Below, piece by piece: positions 17,908-26,963 of a stretch of 42,828 bases of DNA. The notes under the pieces are model-generated. The model did no database searches and was not told the origin of the DNA. It worked only from the letters and a program-made list of their open reading frames with translations. Location of the stretch: sequence record DRR378314_81. The stretch is one strand, 5' to 3'. The first letter of the stretch is position 1; the number at the start of each line of letters is the position of its first letter. The position numbers and the translations under genes are program-made.

Positions 17908-19340
17908 TGTGATTGCTCACTTTTATTATTTGATAAATCAAGCATCTGATGCTGTTGCGTAAGCAAACTTGTTACAATACCTAACAACAATGCACTAACA
18001 CATGAAGGAATAATTGGATTACCAAATAATTGCAACCACTGGTTATTTGCCCCCACTAGCACACCAGCAAAAGCTCCGCCAAGTAGAGTGGCAAGAGCTC
18101 CCTGCCATGTGTAACTAGGCCAAAATCGCCCTAAAACCCCCATCACGCATAAACCACTCATTAAAATAGAAATCATTTTAGTGATATAACTAACAATATC
18201 GTTTGACCAAAGAGCTAATAATAAGGCAATTAAAATCGTCACTAACATAGCGAACCGAGAAACTAGCAATTGTGTTGCCTCATTTTGTACGACATTATTG
18301 CCTTTGTTGTAGATATCGCTAATTAATACACTGACCCCAGCGATTGCATCTGAACTTGCGCTGGACAAGGTTGCCGATATACCTGCCAACAAAATAAAAC
18401 CACCTAAGTAAACAGGTAGAACATTTAATGCAATGTATGGAAATGCATAAGATGTATTATCTAACGAACTATCGATTAAGTAGGCACTGGTTCCAATTAT
18501 AGCGGGTAGGAATGCAAAAAATAAATATAAGATACCTGATAGAATGAAAGAACGACGAATTGTTTTAACGCTATCTGCAGCATAAATTCGCTGACGAAAT
18601 GACGGCGTAGCCAATACCCCTACTAATACAGCCAGAAACATCGATATTGCAGGTAATAAACCCACATTTTTATAGGAAAATAATCCCTGTTCAGCAATAA
18701 GAACACTCTTTTTTAATGAATCAACGCCATCAATAGCCTGTATTGAAAAGTATGCCATTAGTATAAAACCTATAAACAATATAATGGCTTGGAGTGAGTC
18801 AGTCCAAATAACTGCTGAGTAACCGCCTAAAATAATGAATACAGCAAGACCAACCCCTATCAGTAATTTAGCTTGTGCATTGCTCAACTCGGTTAACCAA
18901 GACAAATACATACCACCACCAATAAGGTGGGCGCCAAGCCAACCTATGCTCGCCAAATAGATCACAACAGCTAAAATCTGTTTGACCCTTTTATGATTAT
19001 CGACGTAGCTTGCAAGCTCTTCACTCATTGTTGAGAATACTTGCTCTCGAGCAGGTGCAAATAACCACGCTAGTAGTAAAATACCTGTAGCACCGCCAAC
19101 ACCATACAAAGCACCAGCCCATCCATTTTCATATGCATAGCCTACAGCCCCCATCGAGGAGCCTGTGCCAACCATAGTTGCAACGGTCGTACCGAGTGTA
19201 AGAAAAAGGGGCACTTTACGTCCAGCCAATAAATAATCACTCGCATTCTTTTGCTTTCGCGATACATACCAGCTAATTAAAATCATGACCAGTAAGTATA
19301 TGAAAAATGCGAACAGATAATAAGATTGACTTGCAAACAT
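17904..19340 (-). CDS. Sodium:solute symporter, probable importer of the oxidised amino sugar
   Basis: Many hydrophobic helices; DYLLAGR, GG..AVIWTD.LQ, QRIYAA, SATLSS motifs of the SSS family. Confidence 0.9.
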   Translation of the reverse strand: MFASQSYYLFAFFIYLLVMILISWYVSRKQKNASDYLLAGRKVPLFLTLGTTVATMVGTGSSMGAVGYAYENGWAGALYGVGGATGILLLAWLFAPAREQVFSTMSEELASYVDNHKRVKQILAVVIYLASIGWLGAHLIGGGMYLSWLTELSNAQAKLLIGVGLAVFIILGGYSAVIWTDSLQAIILFIGFILMAYFSIQAIDGVDSLKKSVLIAEQGLFSYKNVGLLPAISMFLAVLVGVLATPSFRQRIYAADSVKTIRRSFILSGILYLFFAFLPAIIGTSAYLIDSSLDNTSYAFPYIALNVLPVYLGGFILLAGISATLSSASSDAIAGVSVLISDIYNKGNNVVQNEATQLLVSRFAMLVTILIALLLALWSNDIVSYITKMISILMSGLCVMGVLGRFWPSYTWQGALATLLGGAFAGVLVGANNQWLQLFGNPIIPSCVSALLLGIVTSLLTQQHQMLDLSNNKSEQSQ

Positions 19341-19359
19341 ACGTTCTCCCCTGGCTGTG

Positions 19360-19746
19360 TTAGCTAATCTTGTAACAGGTCACATCAACCTCGACTTTGC
19401 AGTCGACAACCAAGTCTGCAACCATACAAATCCGTGCAGGTGGATGTGCCCCAAAAAATTCAGCGAATACCTTGTTAAAAGACTGAAAATATCGGGCATC
19501 AGTGAGCACAACAGAAACATGTGTCACATGCTCTAGTCCGTAACCGGCTTCAGACATAATTGCAATACAGTTCTCTATTGCTAAACGTGATTGAGGTACA
19601 ATGCCTCCTTCTACGATTTCACCGTCTTTCATCGGTGTTTGGCCTGATACTTTAAGCCACCCACCCGCTTCTACAGCCCGTGAAAAAGGTAAATGCTGGC
19701 CACCTGTTCCTTTCCCACCTTCGGCACCTATTCTTATTATTGTCAT
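19360..19746 (-). CDS. ridA: RidA/YjgF family imine/enamine deaminase
   Basis: PFSRA, VSGQ.P, FNKVF.EFF...PPAR, KVEVD; the catalytic Arg (PAR) is retained. Confidence 0.88.
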   Translation of the reverse strand: MTIIRIGAEGGKGTGGQHLPFSRAVEAGGWLKVSGQTPMKDGEIVEGGIVPQSRLAIENCIAIMSEAGYGLEHVTHVSVVLTDARYFQSFNKVFAEFFGAHPPARICMVADLVVDCKVEVDVTCYKIS

Positions 19747-19756
19747 ACGTTCCTCA

Positions 19757-21223
19757 TTAACTATGGTTATGTCGATTCAAAAACTGTCCAGCTCGCCCAA
19801 ATCCTGAATACTCAGTTGAGTTATCACTTGATTGGTAACTTAAAGTCCCATTTACCCAGACCATCTCTATTCCACTGGCTTTAAATTGGGGGTTGCTATA
19901 ACTTGCATTATCTATAATTTTTTCAGGATCGAATAACACCAGATCAGCAAAAAATCCGACCTCAATTTTGCCGCGTTGACACAATTTAAAATGCTCAGCT
20001 GGCAGCGCTGTCATTTTGTGTAAAGCAAGATTTAATGAAAACAATTTTTCTTCACGACAATAATGACCCAACACGCGCGGAAATGTCCCCCACAACCTTG
20101 GATGTGGATGAGGATCACACGGTAAACCATCCGAGCCAATCATGCTGTGCTCGTAACCTAGAAATGTTTTCACATCTGACTCCAACATGCAGTGATAAAC
20201 AGCCCCTGCTGGCTGTATACGGGAAGCTGCTTCAAGTTGCGAAACTTGCCATTGCTTTGCAATATCACTTAGGCTTTGCTGTGCCATATCAGGAAACGAT
20301 TTAGACCATGTAATAAAAATTTCTGTCTCGTCGTTTACTTGCTTTAGGTCTAAGGTACTTGAACTTGCAGAATATGGATAACAATCGCAACCTATATGCT
20401 GATGCTGCTTTTGCTGTTCAAAGTGAGCGAGTACTTCTTTTGAACGACCCCAATTCTCTTGTCCCGCGCATTTTATATGAGAAATAACTAAAGGTAATTT
20501 AGCCTGTTTAGCAGTCGCAAATGCTTCATCCATAGCATTTATTATTCCCTGAAATTCACTTCGTAAATGAGTGGTATAAAGCCCATCAAATGGCGTAACA
20601 ACCTTAGCTAATTCATTAATTTCACACTGACTGGCCTCTTTTGCATTGTAATAAGCAAGCCCTGTGCTTAAACCGAGCGCGCCTTGTTTCATAGCAACAG
20701 CTAACGATCTTTTCATTTCATTTATTTCATCAACGGTTGCTTCTCGCTCTAAATTATCCATCACTTGTGCGCGTAAACTGATGTGACCTATTAGCATTGC
20801 CAAATTCACACTGGGTTTTACCTCTGCGAAAGCTTTTTTGTAACTCAGCAAATCAGGATAAACAAATTCACTTTGCCCACCAAGTAAGTTAATAGGATCT
20901 CGCACAGCACTAATAGCCGTTGTTGGCACTGCGCTTATGCCGCAATTGCCAGCAATGACTGTTGTCACACCCTGACTTAACTTGGCTGGCACTGTTGGGT
21001 TTCTTAGCACTTCGAGATCATCATGGGTATGAACATCAATAAACCCTGGCGCTAAAATCAAACCTTGTGCGGGAATCGTTTTTCTCGTGTCTATAGTTAG
21101 GTTTTTGCCTATAGCTAAAATAAGATCGTTCTTTATTGCAACATCGAGCTGCTCTATTGGACTTTCTTTATCAATAAAGACCCGAGCTCCTTGAATAATT
21201 AAATCGGCTGATGTGTTTTGCAC
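19757..21223 (-). CDS. ongB: N-acyl-D-amino-acid deacylase family amidohydrolase; probable N-acetylglucosaminate (GlcNAc1A) deacetylase
   Basis: PGFIDVHTHDD, GVTTVIAGNCG, THLRSE, ISHIK, GSDG, HPR.WGTFPR; GTG start. Substrate and symbol are from gene context. Confidence 0.85.
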   Translation of the reverse strand: MQNTSADLIIQGARVFIDKESPIEQLDVAIKNDLILAIGKNLTIDTRKTIPAQGLILAPGFIDVHTHDDLEVLRNPTVPAKLSQGVTTVIAGNCGISAVPTTAISAVRDPINLLGGQSEFVYPDLLSYKKAFAEVKPSVNLAMLIGHISLRAQVMDNLEREATVDEINEMKRSLAVAMKQGALGLSTGLAYYNAKEASQCEINELAKVVTPFDGLYTTHLRSEFQGIINAMDEAFATAKQAKLPLVISHIKCAGQENWGRSKEVLAHFEQQKQHQHIGCDCYPYSASSSTLDLKQVNDETEIFITWSKSFPDMAQQSLSDIAKQWQVSQLEAASRIQPAGAVYHCMLESDVKTFLGYEHSMIGSDGLPCDPHPHPRLWGTFPRVLGHYCREEKLFSLNLALHKMTALPAEHFKLCQRGKIEVGFFADLVLFDPEKIIDNASYSNPQFKASGIEMVWVNGTLSYQSSDNSTEYSGFGRAGQFLNRHNHS

Positions 21224-21227
21224 GTTC

Positions 21228-22100
21228 TTAATCCCCTATCGGAAAACGCTTATCGGCAGGTGGCATATCGCTATTTTTGTCTCGATGTTGATCAAGTTGG
21301 ATCTTCAAGCGACGTAATTTCTCTTTTGAGCGGCGCTGGTTTCTCATCGCCACCTCACTTGAAAGAATATCCAAAGCTGCCATCATTACGTACCTTGCGG
21401 CACTTGGTTTAAAAATATAATCGCTTTCCTGTGTTTTAATTGGCAATTGAAAATCAGCGAGTGCTGAAAGCTCACTATCAGGACAAATAGTAATAATCAC
21501 AGCCCCATACTCTTTTGCTATTTTTGCAGCATCCATCACATCGGGTGAAACGCCACTTAAAGATAAACAAATGACCACATCCCCCTTATTTACTGTTGAG
21601 GCAGTCATACGCATCATCATAGGGTCACTGTAGGCATTAGAAAGTACATCAAGGCGAAAAAAGCGGTTTTGGCATTCTTGGGCTAACATACTGCTGCCGC
21701 CACCGACACCAAAAATTAAGCAATGCCTAGCATGACAAATAGCATCACTCGCTTGCTCAACAATTGCTTCATCAATGGCGCCAGCATTTAATTCTAAAAT
21801 TTCATGGATAGATGTATATACATGAGATAATTGCTTTTTTTCGATAATTTCTGAATTAGTAAAACGCTCTCCGATGGCCGCGGATTGGGTTAGTCTAAAT
21901 TTTAAATCACGAACGTTTTCGCAGCCCAAGCTTCGAGCTAAGCGAGTGATACTGGCATGACTGACTTGTGCCTTATCTGCTAGCTCACTGATTGATGCGG
22001 TAGCTGAAAAATTCAACTCAGACAAAATTAATCTGGCCACTTTATCTTCAGCTGGACTGAAGTGTCCAAGGCCTTCCTTTATTTTACTTATTATATCCAT
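21228..22100 (-). CDS. ongR: MurR/RpiR family transcriptional regulator (HTH + SIS)
   Basis: SI.ELA..AQVS.ASITRL...LG; SIS domain with FGVGGGS and SLSG. The symbol is from gene context. Confidence 0.88.
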   Translation of the reverse strand: MDIISKIKEGLGHFSPAEDKVARLILSELNFSATASISELADKAQVSHASITRLARSLGCENVRDLKFRLTQSAAIGERFTNSEIIEKKQLSHVYTSIHEILELNAGAIDEAIVEQASDAICHARHCLIFGVGGGSSMLAQECQNRFFRLDVLSNAYSDPMMMRMTASTVNKGDVVICLSLSGVSPDVMDAAKIAKEYGAVIITICPDSELSALADFQLPIKTQESDYIFKPSAARYVMMAALDILSSEVAMRNQRRSKEKLRRLKIQLDQHRDKNSDMPPADKRFPIGD

Positions 22101-22111
22101 AAGAAACCTTT

Positions 22112-23359
22112 CTAGAATTGTGTTGAAATGGTCTTAGTGATAACCCACTCATCTTCAACAATACCTATTTGACGCCATTTATCGAAGGTTAAACAAGGAT
22201 GAGACGTGGAAAAACTCATCATATCGCCCACTCGAATTGGTTGATCGTCTGAGTAACGTAACATGCAGTGCTGATCCATTATCTTTTCAACTTTAAATGC
22301 ACTGTTTACAGCACGTAATTGATTGGTTTTAACTGAGTAAATAAGCTCCGCTGTTGGAAGCCCTGCATCAAAAGCAACATCACGTTTGCCCATACCAATA
22401 ATAGCAAGGCCAGGCTCAGGGAGTGACAAAACATACGCCCAGATACTTAAGCTATTTTCTAGATCGCCAGGGATATCATAGGCTATCTGACTCCTCGCCA
22501 TTATTGCCTGCTGCGCTTTTTGATAAATGCCAGTGTCATGGATAAGATAGCAACCGGGTCTAAGTATGATGTTGAAATTGTCCGAGCATGAATTGTCATA
22601 AAGTGTTTTCGCTACAATGTCGTACCATGCTGAACCTGCTCCCGTGATAATAGGTTTATCTGTTTTATAGCGATTTTCAACTTGCAGTCTTTTTGCCAGG
22701 GTGCTTACTTCATCAACAAAAACTTTCACTTGCTGTGCAGCGTTTTCACCGCCTATAACGCCCTCATAAAAAGCAATTCCCATCAATTCTAGGCTGGTAT
22801 ATTGCTCACAGGTAGCAACTAAACTTGATATATCTTTTGCTGAACGCAAGCCACAGCGCCCACCTTTTATACCCACTTCTAATAAAACATTAACACTCAA
22901 ATTACGCTCAGCAAAAAATTCACCTATATCTGTTAAGTTTTCTATTGAGTCTGCAAAACAGTAAAACTCAACTTTGCTGCTTTCTAACCATTTTGCAATT
23001 TGTTCAAAATGAAATTTACCAACCAACTGATTTGCCATAATCACACGCGTAATACCGGCTTCAAATGCATTTATAACTTGCGCAACTGTGGCTAACGTTA
23101 TCCCCCATGCACCTGCATCTAGTTGTATTTTAAACAATTCTGTTGACATGGTTGTTTTACCATGAGGGGCAAGCAACATGTTATGTTTAGCAGTAAAGTC
23201 TGCCATCCATTTTGCATTTTTTTTAATTTTATCTTGTTTAATAACAGCCACAGGTAAACTAACTTGTTCTTTAAATATATCCCAACCTGTTTGTTGTAAT
23301 TGCTTTATACAGCCACTACCTTTGCTCAATTCAGACATTTTTATCCTTATATTACTCAC
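22112..23359 (-). CDS. ongC: Fold-type III PLP-dependent deaminase/dehydratase; probable D-glucosaminate deaminase yielding KDG
   Basis: LAPHGKTTM (PLP lysine), GGRCG, FYEG, GAGS, LRPGCY, GKRD, DQH, SHPC (metal His/Cys). Substrate is from gene context. Confidence 0.85.
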   Translation of the reverse strand: MSNIRIKMSELSKGSGCIKQLQQTGWDIFKEQVSLPVAVIKQDKIKKNAKWMADFTAKHNMLLAPHGKTTMSTELFKIQLDAGAWGITLATVAQVINAFEAGITRVIMANQLVGKFHFEQIAKWLESSKVEFYCFADSIENLTDIGEFFAERNLSVNVLLEVGIKGGRCGLRSAKDISSLVATCEQYTSLELMGIAFYEGVIGGENAAQQVKVFVDEVSTLAKRLQVENRYKTDKPIITGAGSAWYDIVAKTLYDNSCSDNFNIILRPGCYLIHDTGIYQKAQQAIMARSQIAYDIPGDLENSLSIWAYVLSLPEPGLAIIGMGKRDVAFDAGLPTAELIYSVKTNQLRAVNSAFKVEKIMDQHCMLRYSDDQPIRVGDMMSFSTSHPCLTFDKWRQIGIVEDEWVITKTISTQF

Positions 23360-23372
23360 AATTCCATTTGAC

Positions 23373-23423
23373 GAAATAAACCTTGTCAGGACTGCTAATA
23401 GCTAACGAGCAGCCTTGACAAGG
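23373..23423 (-). terminator. Intra-operon stem-loop after the TonB receptor gene
   Basis: Minus strand CCTTGTCAAGGCTGCT..AGCAGTCCTGACAAGG (long stem, 23381-23423) followed by TTTATTT. Confidence 0.7.
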
Positions 23424-23431
23424 ACAGTCCA

Positions 23432-26400
23432 TTAGAAGGTTGCTCTAACACTTAACGCAAAACGTCTGTCTGTTGTAAAGTTTAAAGCTTGAGTTTTGGT
23501 GCCCGCTTGATCCATTTGGTATCGAGTCTTGGTTTCAGTATCCAATAAGTTACTAGCTTCAAGTCCCACTTTCCAATGGTCATTTATGCTGTAGTAAATG
23601 CTTGCATCCATCATGCCTGATGCCTCTGCATATGCTGGAACATATTCTTCAGATTCACGAAGGGTAAGTAAATACTCTGAACGCCATGTGTAAGCGACAC
23701 GCATTGATATTTTGTCGTATTCATACATCCCGACTAAATTCATATTCTTATCAGAATAGCCTTGCAATGGCAGCCCACTGAATACACGGAATGTATTACG
23801 AGTATCAGTAATTGGATCACCGTTTTCATCAAACGCCAATGTACCCGCTGAGACTTCATTTGGATCTTCCAGTCCATTCTGATCGATCAAAGTAAAGTTA
23901 AATTGTAAGCCTAAACCGCTCCAAGCACCTGGCAGCATGTCATAAAATTGTGAGTATGAAAATTCAGCACCTTGAATTGTTCCTGAACCCGTATTGGCTG
24001 GGCCATAGGCTGAAATATCGTATTGCTCACCATTAAAAGTTCGCGCCATATTAAATGCTTTATTACGAATAATATTGTCTAATTTCTTATGGAACAAACC
24101 AACAGTGACATAGCCTGCTTCTGCAAAGTACCATTCAGTGGTTAGATCTGTATTGATAGACTCTTCCGGCTCTATATTAGGGTTACCCGACAGTGCGGTT
24201 ACTTCAATATCGTCAATCCCCACAACAGGGTTGTTTGTTTCATCATAATCAGCGCCCGGTGTTTGTAATCTTCGATTATAATCTAAATTGATAATGCTAA
24301 TATTTCTAGCATCCATCAAGTTAGGGTAAAACAATGCTTTTGATGCGCCAAAACGCACAACAACGTCTTCTGATACACCAAAACTAAGATTTAAACTTGG
24401 CAGAATTGTACTGTAATCAGTCCCATCTACTGTACTTAAAGTGGATTCACCATTAGCAAGATCATAGTAACGCTTGTATTCATCTTGCTGCATAACATTG
24501 TTTAAAGAAGTCCCTTCTTCACCTCGCTTAATCGTTGCAGGTTGCACAACTGCTCCTGTCGATTGCAGCTTGTAATTGACGTAACGCAAACCCACGTTAC
24601 CTACAATGGGCATATCGTTAAACTCGAAATCGAAATCTGTGCGCACATAGAACTCTGTACGCTTTTCATTACTCGAACTAATATTATGAGCAGCAAATGG
24701 GCCTTCTACGCGGTCAAGTTTATCTTCATAAGGAACATAGGTACCTGTACACATACCATTATTTGCTGCACTGTTAGTTGCATTATGCCACCCATCTTTA
24801 CAACCTTGGCGAAGAGAGTTTGCATAGTTCTTTACTAGGTCCATCTTAGGAAATAGAAAGTTATTTACATTCCCAACTAACACTTGACCATTGTAGTAAT
24901 CTGAAAAATCAACACGCTCAAACAGTTCTGGACGATTCACTGCTGCTGCGGCATTACGGTCATCTTGCACCCAAGGTGTACCTATAGCAGACCAGCCCTC
25001 GTAAGCTGTATCTCTAACTGTCAGATCTTTGTCTGACATATATGCACCGGCACTAATACTAGTGACATTACCATCTAATTCATATTTAAAATCAATTTTG
25101 TAACTATCTGCTTCAGCTGTATTGTGTTCCACTTGCTCCATGCCACTGCCTAAAAATAAATTAGGTACAGGTCCATTCCAGTCTTCATTAGGTGACCAAC
25201 CCGCAGTCATAATATTGTCACTCAAAAACTCAACGGTTGGTCTGCTACCGCGCATATCTAAAAAATATGGAGAAACTACATGTACATGGTTACCACGGGT
25301 TTGACCTGACATGCTGTAGTTTTGTACGTGCTTATCTGAGTCTATCATTTGATAATCAAAGTCGATTGTCAGCCTATCAACAGGCTTTAAAGTCAATTTA
25401 AATGAGGTGTCATTGACCGTATTTTCATTGTAGTTCCAACGACTTCGATAAAAGAATGGGGTTTCAGGGCTTACACCTAAAGCAATACCCGACGTGACAA
25501 AATTATCACTCGTCGTAAGCGGATAACCATTAGCAGCATCATCTTGCCAATTTTGAGATGATCCCATGAACCCTTTGAAGCCCTGTGCAGCCTGGCCTAT
25601 TTGACGTTCATTCCATTCTAAAGATGCTTTAGATCGAATGTGCTCAACCGTTGCAACGATGGTCTCGTCATCGTTTGCCCACTGTAAAGATGAGGTTAAG
25701 CCTTGGCGTTTACGGTCGTTATCTGCTGTGCTCATATGGATGGCAACAGGCACATGCCAGATACTCCCAGCAGGCTGATTAGGAAGCGCTGGGCCATCTA
25801 CGGGTGAAGAAGGGTCTACCCCTGTGATGCCGCCCCATTGATCAAGCGTTGGGATAAAAGCATCACCTCGTGAATGAAAGTTACCTAAACCAACACCATC
25901 CCCGCGGGTTTTATACTCAGATTGTGAAGCGGCAATTAAAAATCCAAACTTACCTGAATTAGTTTCCCACTTGTCAGAAAATAAAGCTGAGAAAGACGGC
26001 GTTACTTCTTCTCTAAAATCAGCATAGTTTGCTTTTGCATTAACAGAAATAAGTTGCTTATCAGAATCAAAAGGCTTTCTTGTCAACAAATTAACCGTGC
26101 CTGAGATACCACCCGAAATCAAGTCAGCAGTTTGGTTTTTTACCACTTCAACCGCACCAAGTAACTCGGCAGGAAAGTCCTCATAACTTAGACCCCCACT
26201 TGCATTGGCACTAAATGCATCACGGCCATTTACTTCTGAGCGGACCCTGTCTAGGCCACGAACTAAAACACCTGTTCCTTCATCTGCGTAATGCTTAGGA
26301 TCATCCGAAGAAGCGAATCGCTCAATTGTTACACCAGGCACACGTTGTAAAGCTTCTGTCACCGATTTGTCAGGCAGTGCGCCAATATCAGACGCGGTAA

Positions 26401-26641
26401 TAACATCTTTCACTGTATCAGCAAATCGCTTAAGGTTTTGCGCGCTATTAATGCTACCGCGTATACCGCTTACTTCGATGACCTCTATGTCTTCATCCGC
26501 ATTGGCAGCGCTGTCATTTTCAGCCAATGCAAAAGATGAAACAAATAGCGGGCTTAAACCCATTAACGCATAAGTAACTGCAAGGCTTAACCTTGTTCGT
26601 TTAGTCTGATTTTTTCCTGTATCGATGACTAGTTTTGACAT
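23432..26641 (-). CDS. TonB-dependent receptor, probable uptake of (oxidised) chito-oligosaccharides
   Basis: Signal peptide, TonB box IEVIEVSGIRGS, plug motifs DIGALPD.SVTEALQRVPGV and VRGL, C-terminal Phe. ATG at 26641 is preferred to the track start at 26737. Confidence 0.93.
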   Translation of the reverse strand: MSKLVIDTGKNQTKRTRLSLAVTYALMGLSPLFVSSFALAENDSAANADEDIEVIEVSGIRGSINSAQNLKRFADTVKDVITASDIGALPDKSVTEALQRVPGVTIERFASSDDPKHYADEGTGVLVRGLDRVRSEVNGRDAFSANASGGLSYEDFPAELLGAVEVVKNQTADLISGGISGTVNLLTRKPFDSDKQLISVNAKANYADFREEVTPSFSALFSDKWETNSGKFGFLIAASQSEYKTRGDGVGLGNFHSRGDAFIPTLDQWGGITGVDPSSPVDGPALPNQPAGSIWHVPVAIHMSTADNDRKRQGLTSSLQWANDDETIVATVEHIRSKASLEWNERQIGQAAQGFKGFMGSSQNWQDDAANGYPLTTSDNFVTSGIALGVSPETPFFYRSRWNYNENTVNDTSFKLTLKPVDRLTIDFDYQMIDSDKHVQNYSMSGQTRGNHVHVVSPYFLDMRGSRPTVEFLSDNIMTAGWSPNEDWNGPVPNLFLGSGMEQVEHNTAEADSYKIDFKYELDGNVTSISAGAYMSDKDLTVRDTAYEGWSAIGTPWVQDDRNAAAAVNRPELFERVDFSDYYNGQVLVGNVNNFLFPKMDLVKNYANSLRQGCKDGWHNATNSAANNGMCTGTYVPYEDKLDRVEGPFAAHNISSSNEKRTEFYVRTDFDFEFNDMPIVGNVGLRYVNYKLQSTGAVVQPATIKRGEEGTSLNNVMQQDEYKRYYDLANGESTLSTVDGTDYSTILPSLNLSFGVSEDVVVRFGASKALFYPNLMDARNISIINLDYNRRLQTPGADYDETNNPVVGIDDIEVTALSGNPNIEPEESINTDLTTEWYFAEAGYVTVGLFHKKLDNIIRNKAFNMARTFNGEQYDISAYGPANTGSGTIQGAEFSYSQFYDMLPGAWSGLGLQFNFTLIDQNGLEDPNEVSAGTLAFDENGDPITDTRNTFRVFSGLPLQGYSDKNMNLVGMYEYDKISMRVAYTWRSEYLLTLRESEEYVPAYAEASGMMDASIYYSINDHWKVGLEASNLLDTETKTRYQMDQAGTKTQALNFTTDRRFALSVRATF

Positions 26642-26759
26642 TTTTATAATCTCTTTATTTTCATAAACCAGTGAGCTAGTAAAACAACAACTAACGTACC
26701 CCTTGAATTTACAGCAGACATTACATGGCTTATACAATGCTTTTGCCCGCCGACCCTTT

Positions 26760-26826
26760 TGTTACTTTGTAACTATTAATAAAAAAGCAACTGTTACTTT
26801 TTAACATACCAGTAACTAAAGTAAAA
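26760..26826. promoter_or_regulatory. Tandem palindromic candidate operators for the RpiR regulator
   Basis: TGTTACTTTGTAACT (26760-26774) and TGTTACTTTTTAACA (26792-26806) start 32 bp apart; a weaker related site lies at 26811-26826. Confidence 0.6.
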
Positions 26827-26906
26827 CAATTTTTATTAATAAATGAACAAAAATGTAAAATATGAGTTGTATAGGATAAGGAAGGATTTTTATAAGAAAC
26901 TGAAAT

Positions 26907-26941
26907 AAATAAAAAAGCGCTGATTAATATCAACGCTTTTT
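26907..26941 (-). terminator. Intrinsic terminator of the S46 peptidase gene
   Basis: Minus strand AAAAAGCGTTGAT-atta-ATCAGCGCTTTTTT followed by ATTT. Confidence 0.8.
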
Positions 26942-26963
26942 GGATAAAAATATATTTTTGCTA

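Noticed and set aside
19757-23359. Reading the deacylase and PLP enzyme as a D-amino-acid (D-Ser/D-Thr) catabolic system
   Set aside because: Co-location with GH20, KdgK, a lactonase and a sugar-type RpiR fits an amino-sugar acid substrate much better.
26642-26933. Cys-rich 32-aa extension of the TonB receptor and the 67-aa ORF at 26730-26933
   Set aside because: AT-rich promoter/operator region; the signal peptide starts at Met33 (26641).
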